A stretch of 64,000 nucleotides of DNA from an uncultured Gemmatimonadales bacterium (GCA_963809895.1 CAWELD010000003.1:2048001-2112000), one strand, 5' to 3'. Shown: positions 45,996-57,778, numbered from the stretch's first letter. Notes: generated by a model not told the origin, from the letters alone. Program-made: numbers and translations.

Positions 45996-46811
45996 TCAGC
46001 CGCCCCTGCGGCCCACCGTGAGCCGCACCGAGTCGCCGCGCTCGAGCCGGGTCCCGGCCGGCGGCTCCTGTCCCACGACCCGACCCTGGTCGCGGCCGAA
46101 GCGGAAGACCTCCTCCACGTCGGACACGGTGAGGCCGAGCGCGTCCAGCGAATCCCGGGCTTCGGCCTCGGACAGGCCCAGGAGGGCGGGCACCTCGACC
46201 TCGGGCGGCCCCAGGCTCACCGTGACCGTGACCGATCCGGGAAGGGTGACCTCGGTGCCCTCCTCCGGCGCGACCTGGATGATGCGGCCGCGGGGGTGGT
46301 TGTCCTCGACCGAATCGACCTGCACCAGGAGCCCGGTGGACTCGAGCACGGTGAGCGCCCGGTCGGCCCGTAGGCCGGTCACCTCGGGTACCCGGCGCCG
46401 CTCGGGCCCCAGGCTCACCGTGAGGCGAACGGAGTCGCCGCGCGAGGCGAGCTGGCCCGGCAGGGGGGCCTGGCCCACCACGCTGCCCGAATCGGCCTGC
46501 GGATGACGGAGCTCCTCCACCTCGGCCACCTGGAGACCCGCGTCCTCGAACGACGCCCGGGCCTCGGCCAGGAGCTCCCCCCGGACGTCGGGCACCTTGA
46601 CCAGGTCCGGGGGCGGCGCGGGCGCCGGAAAGAGCACGTGCGTGGCGCCCAGATACCCGAAGCCCAGCGCCACCACCGAGACCAGGACCACGAGCAGCGC
46701 GAAGCGACCAGGGTCCCCTCCGGGGTCCCTGTCCGCCTCGGAGCGCGGTGCGCGCCCCGTTCCGGGCCGCGCCTGGCTTCGCCTGCGCCTCAGTGAGCTA
46801 CCCAGCTGCAT
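45996..46811 (-). CDS. Membrane-anchored PASTA-repeat protein with no kinase domain
   Basis: One transmembrane helix then three repeats of VP(D/E/A)xxG...Q.P..G...V.L.VS. Start re-called at 46811. Confidence 0.85.
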   Translation of the reverse strand: MQLGSSLRRRRSQARPGTGRAPRSEADRDPGGDPGRFALLVVLVSVVALGFGYLGATHVLFPAPAPPPDLVKVPDVRGELLAEARASFEDAGLQVAEVEELRHPQADSGSVVGQAPLPGQLASRGDSVRLTVSLGPERRRVPEVTGLRADRALTVLESTGLLVQVDSVEDNHPRGRIIQVAPEEGTEVTLPGSVTVTVSLGPPEVEVPALLGLSEAEARDSLDALGLTVSDVEEVFRFGRDQGRVVGQEPPAGTRLERGDSVRLTVGRRGG

Positions 46812-48141
46812 CGCGTCCGTCCTTGGCGGGGTGCGCGGCCGTCCGCTCCTCGCGCCGGAACGCGACGGCAAAGGCGCCGTCGAACCCGGTGCGCTGCGGG
46901 AGGACGAGCAACCGACCGTCGTCATCCATGTCCGGAAGGTCCAGCCCCTCGGGGGCCACGGGACGGAAGTCCGGATGTGCGATCCGGAACTCGTCCACCA
47001 CCTCCTGGTTCTCCTCCGGCTCCAGGGTGCAGGTGCTGTACACCAGAACACCCCCCGGAGGCACGATCGCGCTAGCTCCGTGCAGAAGTCGTGCCTGCAC
47101 CTTCTTCAGTCGGAGCGGATCCCCGGGGCCCAGCCGCCAGCGCGCATCGGGATGACGCCGGAGCGTGCCCGTGCCGGAGCACGGAGCATCCACGAGAACC
47201 AGATCGGCGCGAGCCAGGGGCGGCTGTTCGGCCCGCCCCCGCACGACACCCACCTTCGACCCCGTACGGCGCACGTTCTCCTCGAGAAGGGTCAGGCGCG
47301 CAGACGAGGGATCGACGGCCACAACATAGGCAGCGGACCGGGCCAGATACAGGGCCTTGCCCCCCGGAGCCGCACACAGGTCGGCCACCCGTTCCGCGTG
47401 GAACGCCGCCGCGAATCGAGCCACGAGGGCGGCGCCGGGGTCCTGGATGATCCCCGACACCGCCGCCAGCGCCTCGGTGGGCGACAGGCCCTCGACCCGT
47501 AGCGCCGGCGAACCCCGGCCCAGCGGCTCGGCAGCCCCACCCACGGCGCGAATCGCCCTCACGGCCGCCGGCGTGTCGTCGGCCAGGGGGACGAGGGTGA
47601 GCGGTGGCACCTGGTTGTCGGCCTCCACCAGCGCGCGAACCTCACCCGGGGGCCAGCGGCCGAGCCACCGCTCCACCAGCCACCGGGGGTGGGAGCCCCA
47701 CGTGGACAGGAAGGCCGCGGGATCGCTCTCGAAACCGGGAAACAGGGCCACCGCGTCACCGGCCTTCGCCACGTTCCGCAGCACCGCGTTGACCAATCCC
47801 GCCGCGCGGCTCTCGCCCACCGCACGCACGTGACTGACGGCCTGGGACACCGCTGCGTACGTGGGAACGCCGTCCATGTAGAGGACCTGGTACGCCCCCA
47901 GGCGCAGCACGTCGAGGACGGCTGGGCGCAGCGACGCCAACCCCCGGTCCACGCGCTGCGCCAGCAGGTGATCGAGGCGCCCGCGCAGGCGGATGGTGCC
48001 ATAGGTGAGCTCGTGGACGAAGCGGCGCCGCCGCAGGTCGAGTCCGGCAACGGCGGCGTCCAGCGCCAGGTCGAGCCTTCGGCCGCGGGCCACCGCGGCG
48101 AGCACCTCGCCCGCCGCGCGCCGGGCGGGCGTCAGCGCCAT
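46798..48141 (-). CDS. rsmB: 16S rRNA m5C967 methyltransferase (NusB-like domain plus methyltransferase)
   Basis: SHPRWLV, DLCAAPGGK, DAPCSGTG, YSTCT and DGAF motifs. Confidence 0.93.
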   Translation of the reverse strand: MALTPARRAAGEVLAAVARGRRLDLALDAAVAGLDLRRRRFVHELTYGTIRLRGRLDHLLAQRVDRGLASLRPAVLDVLRLGAYQVLYMDGVPTYAAVSQAVSHVRAVGESRAAGLVNAVLRNVAKAGDAVALFPGFESDPAAFLSTWGSHPRWLVERWLGRWPPGEVRALVEADNQVPPLTLVPLADDTPAAVRAIRAVGGAAEPLGRGSPALRVEGLSPTEALAAVSGIIQDPGAALVARFAAAFHAERVADLCAAPGGKALYLARSAAYVVAVDPSSARLTLLEENVRRTGSKVGVVRGRAEQPPLARADLVLVDAPCSGTGTLRRHPDARWRLGPGDPLRLKKVQARLLHGASAIVPPGGVLVYSTCTLEPEENQEVVDEFRIAHPDFRPVAPEGLDLPDMDDDGRLLVLPQRTGFDGAFAVAFRREERTAAHPAKDGRDAAG

Positions 48142-48151
48142 GGACGGACCG

Positions 48152-48958
48152 TCAGTCCAGCATCCCCTTCGTCGGCGAAGACGGCACCGCGATCTCGCGA
48201 GCCGGCATGCGCCCGGCGAGGTAGGCGAGCCGGCCCGCCAGCACGCCGTGACGCATGGCGGTGGCCATGACCACGGGATCCTCGGCCGCCGCCAACGCCG
48301 TGTTCATGAGAATTCCGTCCACGCCCTGCTCCATGGTAACGCAGGCGTCCGAGGCCGTGCCCACGCCGGCATCCACGATGACCGGGACCTCGAGGCGTCG
48401 CTTGATCTCCCGGATGAAGTAGGGATTCACGACGCCGAGCCCCGAGCCGATGGGGCTCGCCAGAGGCATGACCGCCACGCACCCGGCGTCCTCCAGCTTC
48501 AGGGCCGTGACCAGGTCGTCGTTGGTGTACGCCATGACCTTGAAACCCTCCCCGGCCAGCGTGCGTGCGGCGGCCAGCGTGGCCTCCACGTCGGGGAGCA
48601 GCGTGTCCTGATCGCCGATCACCTCCAGCTTGATGAAGTCCGTGAACCCGGCGGCCCGGCCCAGACGGGCGTAGCGCACCGCATCGTCGGCGTTGTAGCA
48701 GCCGGCCGTATTGGGGAGCAGGAAGAACTCGTCGGGATCCAGATGGTGCAGGATCCCTTCCTCGTTGCTCCGGTCCAGATCCACCCGACGCACCGCCACG
48801 GTGACCATCTCGGCACCGCTGGCGCGGATCGCGTCGATCATGACGACGTTGGTGGCGTACTTCCCGGTACCCACGATGAGCCGGGACGTGAACTCTCGCC
48901 CGCCGATGACCAGCGGGGTGTCGGACGTGGCCGCGGGTGCGGCGACGGCATCGCTCAT
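48152..48958 (-). CDS. thiG: Thiazole synthase
   Basis: SRLIVGTGKY, LPNTAGC, IKLEV, MPLASPIGSG and VDAGVG motifs. Confidence 0.97.
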   Translation of the reverse strand: MSDAVAAPAATSDTPLVIGGREFTSRLIVGTGKYATNVVMIDAIRASGAEMVTVAVRRVDLDRSNEEGILHHLDPDEFFLLPNTAGCYNADDAVRYARLGRAAGFTDFIKLEVIGDQDTLLPDVEATLAAARTLAGEGFKVMAYTNDDLVTALKLEDAGCVAVMPLASPIGSGLGVVNPYFIREIKRRLEVPVIVDAGVGTASDACVTMEQGVDGILMNTALAAAEDPVVMATAMRHGVLAGRLAYLAGRMPAREIAVPSSPTKGMLD

Positions 48959-49017
48959 TCTACTTCTCCAGGGTCGGCCCGACGCCGAAGCGTTGAGCCA
49001 GGGTTCACGCGAGCGGC

Positions 49018-49242
49018 TCAGCCGCCGCCCACGAAGTGCACGAGTTCCAGGGTATCGCCTTCCTCCACCCTCACGTCAGCGTACCGGCCACGGTCGAGGA
49101 TCTCCCGGTTGCGCTCGACCACCACCAGCTCCGGCCTGAGCGCCAGCGACTCGAGAAGGTCCCGCACCGAGGCGCCCCGGGGAACGTCGCGCTCCCGGCC
49201 GTTCACACGCACGCGAATGTCCGACGTGTCCTGGTCATGCAT
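49018..49242 (-). CDS. thiS: Sulfur carrier protein ThiS
   Basis: VNG, VERNREI and C-terminal VHFVGGG. Confidence 0.95.
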   Translation of the reverse strand: MHDQDTSDIRVRVNGRERDVPRGASVRDLLESLALRPELVVVERNREILDRGRYADVRVEEGDTLELVHFVGGG

Positions 49243-49897
49243 GGCTGTTCGCCTCCACTCTCGTTGCGCCGGCCGGCGGCGCGGCCTTCAGACGCTCCAG
49301 GTACAGCTCGGTGGCGCCGGCCGGATCCGCACTCCCCCACACGCCGGACAGGACCGCCACGCCGTGAGCACCGGCCGAGCACACGCGCGCCACCCGCTCG
49401 GGCGTGATCCCCCCGATGGCAACCAGGGGCAGGCGGCTGACCGCCCGCACGGCGGTCAACAGGGCGGGACCCGCTCCTGCGCGGTCCGGGTGCGACGGAG
49501 ACGCGAACAGGCTGCCGACGATCAACCAGTCGGCTCCAGCGGCCTCGATCGCTTCGGCGGGGCCGTGAACCGACGCGCCCATGGCGACGTCGCCACCCAG
49601 GATCCGCCGGGCTGCGGCGGCGGACAGGGACCGACGTCCGAGCTGCACGGCGGGAGCGCCCGTGGCACCGGCGACGTCCACGCGATCGTTGACGACCACC
49701 ACCCCACCCGTAGCGCGCGCCACCTCCAGCAGGCCTCCGGCGAGCTCGAAGAGGTGGCGGCCGGACTGGTGGGGGCCACGGAGATGGAACGCGATCCTGT
49801 CGCGGCCGGCCTCCAGCACCGGCCGGGCACGGTCCAGGAATCCGGGGTCCGCCAGGACCCGGTCGTCGGTGATCAGGTGCAGCCGCGGCGTCTCCAC
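49235..49897 (-). CDS. thiE: Thiamine-phosphate synthase / TenI family protein
   Basis: LHLITD, VNDRVDVA, GASVH, SHP and AIGGIT. TenI-like features mean ThiE versus TenI cannot be settled by eye. Confidence 0.75.
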   Translation of the reverse strand: METPRLHLITDDRVLADPGFLDRARPVLEAGRDRIAFHLRGPHQSGRHLFELAGGLLEVARATGGVVVVNDRVDVAGATGAPAVQLGRRSLSAAAARRILGGDVAMGASVHGPAEAIEAAGADWLIVGSLFASPSHPDRAGAGPALLTAVRAVSRLPLVAIGGITPERVARVCSAGAHGVAVLSGVWGSADPAGATELYLERLKAAPPAGATRVEANSHA

Positions 49898-49904
49898 GTG
49901 GCCC

Positions 49905-50867
49905 TCACTCGAAGCTCTGACCCGTCTGCGCTCCCCTGCCCCGCAGCCAGTCGTCGGCGCCCATGCGGCGCTTGCCCGGAGGCTGGACCTCGGCGATCCA
50001 CACCGTTCCGCCTCCGCAGGCGACCCCGAGTCCACGGCTGCTGCCCGGCTCGGCGTCCACCACGGTCCCCGGCGCGGCATCGGCGGCCGTTCCCGGCGGC
50101 TCCTCACCGTCGTGGGGCGTGGACTGCGGCCGGAAGAGCTTCACGGGATCCCCACCCAGGGTGCTCCACGCTCCGGGAATCTCGTCCATGGCCCGGATGT
50201 GGTCGACCAGCTCCGGTGGGGAACGCCGCCAGTCCACCCGGGCCGTCTGGCGGTCCACCTTGGGCGCGTAGGTGGCCCGGTCGTGGTCCTGCTCCCGCTC
50301 CTCCACGGCGTCGACCTCCAGGAGGGCCAGCGTCTCGATGAGCGCCTGGGCGCCGACCTCGGAGAGGCGCGTGCTGAGCTCGGTGGAGGTCTCGGAGGGG
50401 CCGATGGGCTCCTCCACCTGGAGCAGGACGGGCCCCGCGTCCATGGCCTCCACCATGCGCATGACGGTCACTCCGGTGCGGTCGTGGCCCCGGGCGATGG
50501 CCCAGTGCACCGGCGCGGCACCCCGCAGCGCCGGCAGGAGCGACGCATGGACGTTGATGGAGCCCCGCTCCGGAAGGTCCAGGATCTCCCGGGACAGGAT
50601 GTGACCGTACGCCACGACCACGGAGATCTCCGGAGCGAGCGCACGCACGCGCTCCGTGAAGTCCTGACCCCGGGGGCGGTCTGGGTCCAGCACCAGCATC
50701 CCCTCCGCCCGCGCCACCTCCTTCACGGGAGACGGCTGCAGCTTGCGCCCCCGCCCCGCCGGCCGATCCGGCTGGGTGACCACGGCGACCACGTCGTGGC
50801 CCTCTTCGGCGAGGGCCCGCAGCGTGGGCACGGCGAACCATGGCGTTCCCCAGAACAGGACCCTCAT
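49905..50867 (-). CDS. fmt: Methionyl-tRNA formyltransferase
   Basis: VVTQPDRPAGRG, INVHASLLPALRGAAP and MDAGP motifs. Confidence 0.96.
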   Translation of the reverse strand: MRVLFWGTPWFAVPTLRALAEEGHDVVAVVTQPDRPAGRGRKLQPSPVKEVARAEGMLVLDPDRPRGQDFTERVRALAPEISVVVAYGHILSREILDLPERGSINVHASLLPALRGAAPVHWAIARGHDRTGVTVMRMVEAMDAGPVLLQVEEPIGPSETSTELSTRLSEVGAQALIETLALLEVDAVEEREQDHDRATYAPKVDRQTARVDWRRSPPELVDHIRAMDEIPGAWSTLGGDPVKLFRPQSTPHDGEEPPGTAADAAPGTVVDAEPGSSRGLGVACGGGTVWIAEVQPPGKRRMGADDWLRGRGAQTGQSFE

Positions 50868-51385
50868 CCCGTCGCGGCCTCCTCCTGGAGCTTGCGCCAC
50901 TTCTTCAGCAGCATCTTTCGCTTGAGCGCGCTCACCCGGTCCAGGAAGAGCACGCCGTCCAGGTGGTCGATCTCGTGCTGCAGGGCACGCGACAGGAGCT
51001 CTTCAGCCTCGATGGAAATCTCGTTGCCCTGGGGATCGAAGCCCCGGACCGTGACGGTGACGGGGCGCTCGACCACGTCTTCCAGGCCGGGGATGGAGAG
51101 GCACCCTTCCGAGGCCTTGTCCGTCTCTCGACTGGCGACCACGACCTCGGGGTTCACCAACGCCAGACGGCCGGCGGCTTCGTTCTCCTCGTCACGCACG
51201 TCCACCACCAGCACCCGGGCCGAAATACCGACCTGTGGCGCGGCCAACCCGATGCCCTCGGCGTGGTACATGGTCTCGAACATGTCCCGTACCAGCGCCT
51301 GCAGCTCGGCGTCGAACGCCGTCACGGGCTCGGCGGCGGTGCGCAGGATGGGGTCTCCGAGGATGACGATGTCACGCAACGCCAT
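50864..51385 (-). CDS. def: Peptide deformylase
   Basis: GIGLAAPQVG, EGCLS and QHEIDHLDG motifs. Confidence 0.97.
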   Translation of the reverse strand: MALRDIVILGDPILRTAAEPVTAFDAELQALVRDMFETMYHAEGIGLAAPQVGISARVLVVDVRDEENEAAGRLALVNPEVVVASRETDKASEGCLSIPGLEDVVERPVTVTVRGFDPQGNEISIEAEELLSRALQHEIDHLDGVLFLDRVSALKRKMLLKKWRKLQEEAATG

Positions 51386-51388
51386 GGC

Positions 51389-51712
51389 TCAGCCCTCGTC
51401 GCCGCTCTTTCCGGCGGGATCCACCAGCTGGGCCACGCGCGCCCGCTGAATCACGAGGCGCGTGTTCTCGCCCGTGCGGATCGTGAGGCGGTCGGCGTCG
51501 GCGTGCACCACCGTGCCGATGACTCCGCCGTTGGTGATGATCTCGTCTCCCTTCTTGATGGCCTCGAGCATCTCCTTGTGCCGCTGCTGCTCCTTCCGCT
51601 GCGGCCGGATCAGAAGCCAGTAGAAGATGACGAAGATCGCCACCATCTGCAGCCCGAAGATGAGGGCGGGGTTTCCCCCCTCACGGGGCGCCATGAGAAG
51701 CGCGTGGATCAC
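51389..51712 (-). CDS. yajC: Preprotein translocase subunit YajC
   Basis: FYWLLIRPQRK and GDEIITNGGVIG motifs. Confidence 0.95.
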   Translation of the reverse strand: MIHALLMAPREGGNPALIFGLQMVAIFVIFYWLLIRPQRKEQQRHKEMLEAIKKGDEIITNGGVIGTVVHADADRLTIRTGENTRLVIQRARVAQLVDPAGKSGDEG

Positions 51713-51754
51713 GTTCCGTCTCCCGGAAATGAACTGTGGTCGTGGCAGTCGTTA

Positions 51755-52939
<1,185 letters not shown>

Positions 52940-53530
52940 TCAGTTGGCGCTGACCAGCTCCTGCCAGTGGTGGTCGGCGATGCGGTAGCGCCGCGTGGTG
53001 CGCCGCGTGGGGCAGCACAGGGGATCGTCGGGCCCGTGCTCGGTCACGTCCAGGAGGAGCGTGTCGCCCTCGGCCTCGAAGCGGTTGAGCTGGACGCGGT
53101 CGCCCAGCTCCAGGACGGCTTCCTGCTCGGCGCCCAGGGAGCCGGATCCGTAGGCCACGACGTGCACGAAGACACCGCTCCCGCCGGTGTTGGCGGTGAC
53201 CAGCACCGCCCGCTCCCTGCGTCCGTCGCCGTCGAAGTCGCCTTCGGCATCGAACCCACCCACGCGCAGCACGTATCGTCTGCGCTCCGGGTCGTCCGAG
53301 ACACCTGCCAACAGCGTGACCGCCGAGTCTCCCAGCACCGGCAGGCGTACCCGGGCCCGGTCCAGCTCACGGATGGAGGGGGCCCGCGCGAACACCGTTC
53401 CCGCCGCCACGGCGGCGGCCTGGACCGCGCCAGCGTCTTCCCTTCCCGGGCCGCACGCCGCCACGCCCAGGGCCAGAGCGAACTCCAGGCCCCCGACGAG
53501 CCTCAAACGGACCCCTGGGGAGGGAGTCAT
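52940..53530 (-). CDS. Hypothetical lipoprotein with a C-terminal D..CCP motif
   Basis: Lipobox VAAC, GDFDGDG, TGGSG and HGPDDPLCCPT. Confidence 0.65.
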   Translation of the reverse strand: MTPSPGVRLRLVGGLEFALALGVAACGPGREDAGAVQAAAVAAGTVFARAPSIRELDRARVRLPVLGDSAVTLLAGVSDDPERRRYVLRVGGFDAEGDFDGDGRRERAVLVTANTGGSGVFVHVVAYGSGSLGAEQEAVLELGDRVQLNRFEAEGDTLLLDVTEHGPDDPLCCPTRRTTRRYRIADHHWQELVSAN

Positions 53531-53622
53531 GCGAGAACTCCTGCGGAACGCGGCATGGATGGAGCCGAAGCCCGGGGCCCGGCCCCGTCACATGTATTTC
53601 CTGCAGGATGCGGGCCAGAGCG

Positions 53623-54732
53623 TCACACGAGGGCCATGGCGTCCCCGTACGAGTAGAAGCGGTAGCCCTCCGCGACGGCCCGGGCGTAGGCCTCCATGAC
53701 CGGGCGGTACCCCGCGAACGCCGCCACCAGCATGAGGAGCGTGGAGCGCGGCAGGTGGAAGTTGGTCACCAGGGCGTCCACCACCTGGAACCGGTAGGGT
53801 GGCCGGATGAAGAGATCCGACGAGCCCGCGCCCGCACGCACGCCCCCCCGGCCGTCGGCCGCCGTCTCCAGCGTACGCACCACGGTGGTGCCCACGGCCC
53901 AGACGCGCCCTCCGCGCTCCCGGGCCGCCGCCACGGCCGCTGCCGCGGCCTCGGGCACGTGGTACAGCTCGGCGTGCATGTCGTGCTCGGCCGGATCGTC
54001 CACCTCCACCGGACGAAACGTCCCGATGCCCACGTGGAGGGTGACGGCGGTGCGCCGGACGCCCAGGTCTTCGAGGGCACGCAACAGCTCCGGGGTGAAG
54101 TGCAGTCCTGCCGTCGGCGCCGCCACCGAGCCCGGCACCCGGGCGTACACGGTCTGGTAGCGCTCCCGGTCCGCGGCCTCGTCCTCGCGACCCAGGTACG
54201 GAGGGAGCGGCATGTGACCGTACCGGTCCAGGGCTTCGGTGACGGCCAGGTCCGTCACCAGGCGCACGACCCGCCCGCCTCCCGGCGCCGAGTCCAGGAT
54301 CTCCACCACCAGGTCGGGCCCCACCTCCACCTGCCGACCGGGCTTGAGCTTGCCCCCCGGGCGCACCAGCGCCTCCCACAGGCGGGCCGAGCCGGCGCCC
54401 TCCAGCGCGCCTCGCCGGTCGGTCCCGGCGGCCTCGCCCTGGGGTAGCGGGCGGACCAGGAGGACCTCGGCGGGTGCCCCCGTGGGCTTGCGACCCAGCA
54501 GGCGCGCCGGCAGCACCCGGCTCTCGTTCACCACCAGGAGATCGCCGGGACGCATGAGGCCCGGAAGGTCGTCGAAATGCAGATGGCCGACAGGTCCGCC
54601 ACCTCGTGGCAGCACCAGCAGCCGGCTCCGGTCCCGGCGCTCCGCCGGGTAGCGCGCGATGCGGTCCGGGGGCAGCTCGTAGTCGTAGTCCGAGACGGCG
54701 GATCCGTCGGCGGTGGCCCGCACCCCCGTCAC
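53623..54732 (-). CDS. queA: S-adenosylmethionine:tRNA ribosyltransferase-isomerase
   Basis: [26 protein letters not shown] and YRFYSYGD motifs. Confidence 0.97.
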   Translation of the reverse strand: MTGVRATADGSAVSDYDYELPPDRIARYPAERRDRSRLLVLPRGGGPVGHLHFDDLPGLMRPGDLLVVNESRVLPARLLGRKPTGAPAEVLLVRPLPQGEAAGTDRRGALEGAGSARLWEALVRPGGKLKPGRQVEVGPDLVVEILDSAPGGGRVVRLVTDLAVTEALDRYGHMPLPPYLGREDEAADRERYQTVYARVPGSVAAPTAGLHFTPELLRALEDLGVRRTAVTLHVGIGTFRPVEVDDPAEHDMHAELYHVPEAAAAAVAAARERGGRVWAVGTTVVRTLETAADGRGGVRAGAGSSDLFIRPPYRFQVVDALVTNFHLPRSTLLMLVAAFAGYRPVMEAYARAVAEGYRFYSYGDAMALV

Positions 54733-55778
54733 GCGTCGGGATCGTCGAAGAACGAGGCCTGGGCCTGGGAGAGCCCCGGGGGAGGCGTGTAGCCGAAGCG
54801 CCGGAAGGCGCGCGCGGTGGCCACGCGACCCCGCGGGGTGCGCATGAGGAAGCCCTCCTGGATGAGGAAGGGCTCGTAGACCTCCTCCAGCGTCATGGAG
54901 TCCTCACCCATGGCCACGGCCAGGGAGTTCAGGCCCACCGGCCCTCCCTCGAACTTCTCGATGAGCGTCTTGAGCACCCGGGCGTCCATCTCGTCCAGCC
55001 CGTACTCGTCGACGTCGAGAAGCTCCAGGGCGCTCTGGGCCACCTCCTGATCGATGACACCGTCGGCCCGCACCTGGGCGTAGTCGCGCACGCGCCGCAG
55101 GAGGCGGTTGGCGACCCGGGGCGTGCCCCGAGCGCGACGCGCCAGCTCGTCGGCACCCTCCGGGGTCGTCTCCACCTCGAGGATCTCCGCCGAGCGCCGC
55201 ACGATGGTGGCCAGCTCCTCGGGAGGATAGAAGTTCAGCCTCTGCACGATGCCGAAGCGGGCGCGCATGGGTGCGGTGAGCAGCCCGAAGCGGGTTGTGG
55301 CGCCGATGAGCGTGAAGGGCTCGATCTTCATGGTCATGGTCTGGGCGCGGGGTCCGTCGGACAGGCGGATGTCCACGTGCCAGTCCTCCATGGCCGGGTA
55401 GAGAAACTCCTCGATGATGGGCCGCAGCCGGTGGATCTCGTCGATGAAGAGGATGTCGCGAGGTCGCTGGTTCGTGAGGATCCCGACCAGGTCCGCGGGC
55501 TTCTCCAGCACGGGCCCCGAGGTGGTCTTGATGTTCACCCCGAGCTCGCGGGCCATGAGGGCGGCCAGGGTGGTCTTGCCCAGCCCGGGAGGGCCGTGGA
55601 AGAGGACGTGATCCAGGGGATCCCGCCGCTGCTTGGCCGCCTGGATGGCGATGGAGAGTGCCTCGCGCACCCGCTCCTGGCCGATGAACTCGCTGAGGCG
55701 CTGGGGGCGAAGCGAGGTCTCCGCCCGGTCCTCGTCCGCCAGGGCCTCGGGAGTGGTGATCTCGGTGCGGTCGGTCAT
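54729..55778 (-). CDS. ruvB: Holliday junction branch migration helicase RuvB
   Basis: [26 protein letters not shown] and RTPRGR. Start re-called at 55778. Confidence 0.97.
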   Translation of the reverse strand: MTDRTEITTPEALADEDRAETSLRPQRLSEFIGQERVREALSIAIQAAKQRRDPLDHVLFHGPPGLGKTTLAALMARELGVNIKTTSGPVLEKPADLVGILTNQRPRDILFIDEIHRLRPIIEEFLYPAMEDWHVDIRLSDGPRAQTMTMKIEPFTLIGATTRFGLLTAPMRARFGIVQRLNFYPPEELATIVRRSAEILEVETTPEGADELARRARGTPRVANRLLRRVRDYAQVRADGVIDQEVAQSALELLDVDEYGLDEMDARVLKTLIEKFEGGPVGLNSLAVAMGEDSMTLEEVYEPFLIQEGFLMRTPRGRVATARAFRRFGYTPPPGLSQAQASFFDDPDA

Positions 55779-55794
55779 GGGCGGGGGGCGGCTC

Positions 55795-56385
55795 CTAGCC
55801 TCGCTTCGAGAGCGCCTTGCGGATGAGGTCGTCAGCCGAGTCCGCGCCGCCGTCGGCCACAACGGCACGCACGGCGGCGTCGGCATCGGTGAAGGTGTAG
55901 CCCAGCGCCACCAGCGCCGCCACCGCCTCCTGGCTGCCCGGTGTCGCCGGCGCGTCGGCCCCACCACCGCCCACGGCCAGGTCCGTCACCTTGTCCGCCA
56001 GCTCCAGGGCGATACGCTCGGCGGTCTTCTTGCCCACCCCGCTCACCTGCTTGAGGGCGTTGACGTCCTTCTCCACCAACGCACGGGCCAGGCGGTGCGC
56101 GGTGTACGTGCTCAGGAGAGAAACGGCCAGCTTGGCCCCGACACCGGTGGCGCCGAGCAAGCGCCGGAACAACTCGCGCTCATGGGCCTCCAGAAAGCCG
56201 TAGAGCGCCACCGAGTCCTCGCGCACCACCTGCAGGACTCGCAGCTCCAGCGAGGCGCCGGCCGGCGGTAGCCGCTGGAAGACCGTAAGAGGAACGTCCA
56301 CCTCGTACACGACGCCGCCACCGGTCTCGATCTCCACCCGGTCCGGGGCGCGGGCGACGAGCGTGCCTTTCAGGCGAGAGATCAT
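55795..56385 (-). CDS. ruvA: Holliday junction DNA-binding protein RuvA
   Basis: [17 protein letters not shown] and [10 protein letters not shown] motifs. Confidence 0.96.
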   Translation of the reverse strand: MISRLKGTLVARAPDRVEIETGGGVVYEVDVPLTVFQRLPPAGASLELRVLQVVREDSVALYGFLEAHERELFRRLLGATGVGAKLAVSLLSTYTAHRLARALVEKDVNALKQVSGVGKKTAERIALELADKVTDLAVGGGGADAPATPGSQEAVAALVALGYTFTDADAAVRAVVADGGADSADDLIRKALSKRG

Positions 56386-56478
56386 GGGCGGCGGGCGTCC
56401 GTGGAGCTTTGGGATCTGTTCGGCTTCAACATAGCAGCCCGCGGTGGCGTTCCGACAGTCGCCGAGGGGTCCGCGCGC

Positions 56479-56988
56479 TCAGAAGCGTGCCCAGGGGCCC
56501 GCCATGCAGTGGCAGAGCGCGACCGCCACCCCGTCGGCGGCGTCATGGGGCGCGGGCGGATCCTTCAGGCGCAGCTGCTGCTGGACCATGTAGGCCACCT
56601 GGTCCTTGGTGGCGCGGCCGGTGCCGACCACCGCCTTCTTCACCTCGGGTGCCGTGTATTCGGCCAGGGGGATCTCACGCAGGCTCACCGCCAGCAGGAT
56701 GGCGCCCCGGGCGTGTCCCAGCGTGAGCGCACTGCGGGCGTTCTTGCCCTGGAAGACGTCCTCCACCGCCACCGCGTTCGGCCGGTGGCGCTCCATGACA
56801 CCGTCCACGCCCTCGTAGACCTCGCGGATGCGGCGGGCCAGGGGGTGGCCGGCGCTGGTGCGGATCACGCCGCACTCCACGAGGCGGACCGAGCCGTCGC
56901 GGTCCCGCCGCACCACGCCGTAGCCGGTGACCGCCGTCCCGGGATCGACGCCCAGGACGATGCGGACCCCGTCGTCGGCGTCGGTCAC
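56479..56988 (-). CDS. ruvC: Holliday junction resolvase RuvC
   Basis: LGVDPG, VEDVF, LGHARG and DAADGVAVALCH. Start re-called at GTG 56988. Confidence 0.96.
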   Translation of the reverse strand: MTDADDGVRIVLGVDPGTAVTGYGVVRRDRDGSVRLVECGVIRTSAGHPLARRIREVYEGVDGVMERHRPNAVAVEDVFQGKNARSALTLGHARGAILLAVSLREIPLAEYTAPEVKKAVVGTGRATKDQVAYMVQQQLRLKDPPAPHDAADGVAVALCHCMAGPWARF

Positions 56989-57031
56989 GGCCGGCCCCCT
57001 CTGCCGCTGGCGGTCATGGATTCGGCCGCCC

Positions 57032-57778
57032 CTACGAGGCTTCGGCCAGTACCGCCTCGTCGATGTCGGCGTTGGAATGGACATTCTGGACGTCGTCCAG
57101 CTCGTCCAGAGCGTCCAGGAGCCGGAGCAGCTTCTCGGCGTCCTTTCCGGCGATGGCGACTTCGTTCTGGGGGATCATGGAGAGCTCGGCCTCGGAAAAC
57201 TCCACCCCGCCCTCCCTGAGGCCGTCCTGGACCTCGTGGAAGGAGGTCACGTCGGTGGTGACCACGAACTCGTCGTCCTCGCGCTTCACGTCTTCGGCGC
57301 CGGCCAGGAGCGCCGCCTCCAGAACGGCGTCTTCGTGGTAGCGCCCCGCGTCCACGTAGATCTGGCCCTTGCGGTCGAACTGCCACGCCACCGAGCCCGT
57401 GGTGCCCAGGCTACCGTCGTGGCGCCCCAGCGCGTGTCGGATGTCGGCCACCGTACGGTTCGCGTTGTCGGTGAGCGTCTCGATGAAGAGGGCGACGCCG
57501 CCGGGCCCGTACCCCTCGTAGGTGACCTCTTCGTAATTGACACCCTCGAGCTCGCCGGTGCCCTTCTTGATGGCCCGGTCGATGTTGTCGGCGGGCATGT
57601 TGGCGGCCTTGGCCGTGTCCACGGCGAGGCGCAGGCGTGGATTGAAGTCGGGATTGCCGCCGCCCTGTCGGGCCGCGACCGTGATCTCACGGATCAGCTT
57701 GGTGAAGTGCGCACCGCGCTTGGCGTCGTTCACCGCCTTCTTGCGCTTGATCTGAGCCCATTTGCTGTGGCCGGCCAC
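57032..57778 (-). CDS. yebC: YebC/PmpR family protein
   Basis: AGHSKWAQIKRKK, YEGYGPGG and DDVQNVHSN. Start at GTG 57778. Confidence 0.96.
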   Translation of the reverse strand: MAGHSKWAQIKRKKAVNDAKRGAHFTKLIREITVAARQGGGNPDFNPRLRLAVDTAKAANMPADNIDRAIKKGTGELEGVNYEEVTYEGYGPGGVALFIETLTDNANRTVADIRHALGRHDGSLGTTGSVAWQFDRKGQIYVDAGRYHEDAVLEAALLAGAEDVKREDDEFVVTTDVTSFHEVQDGLREGGVEFSEAELSMIPQNEVAIAGKDAEKLLRLLDALDELDDVQNVHSNADIDEAVLAEAS

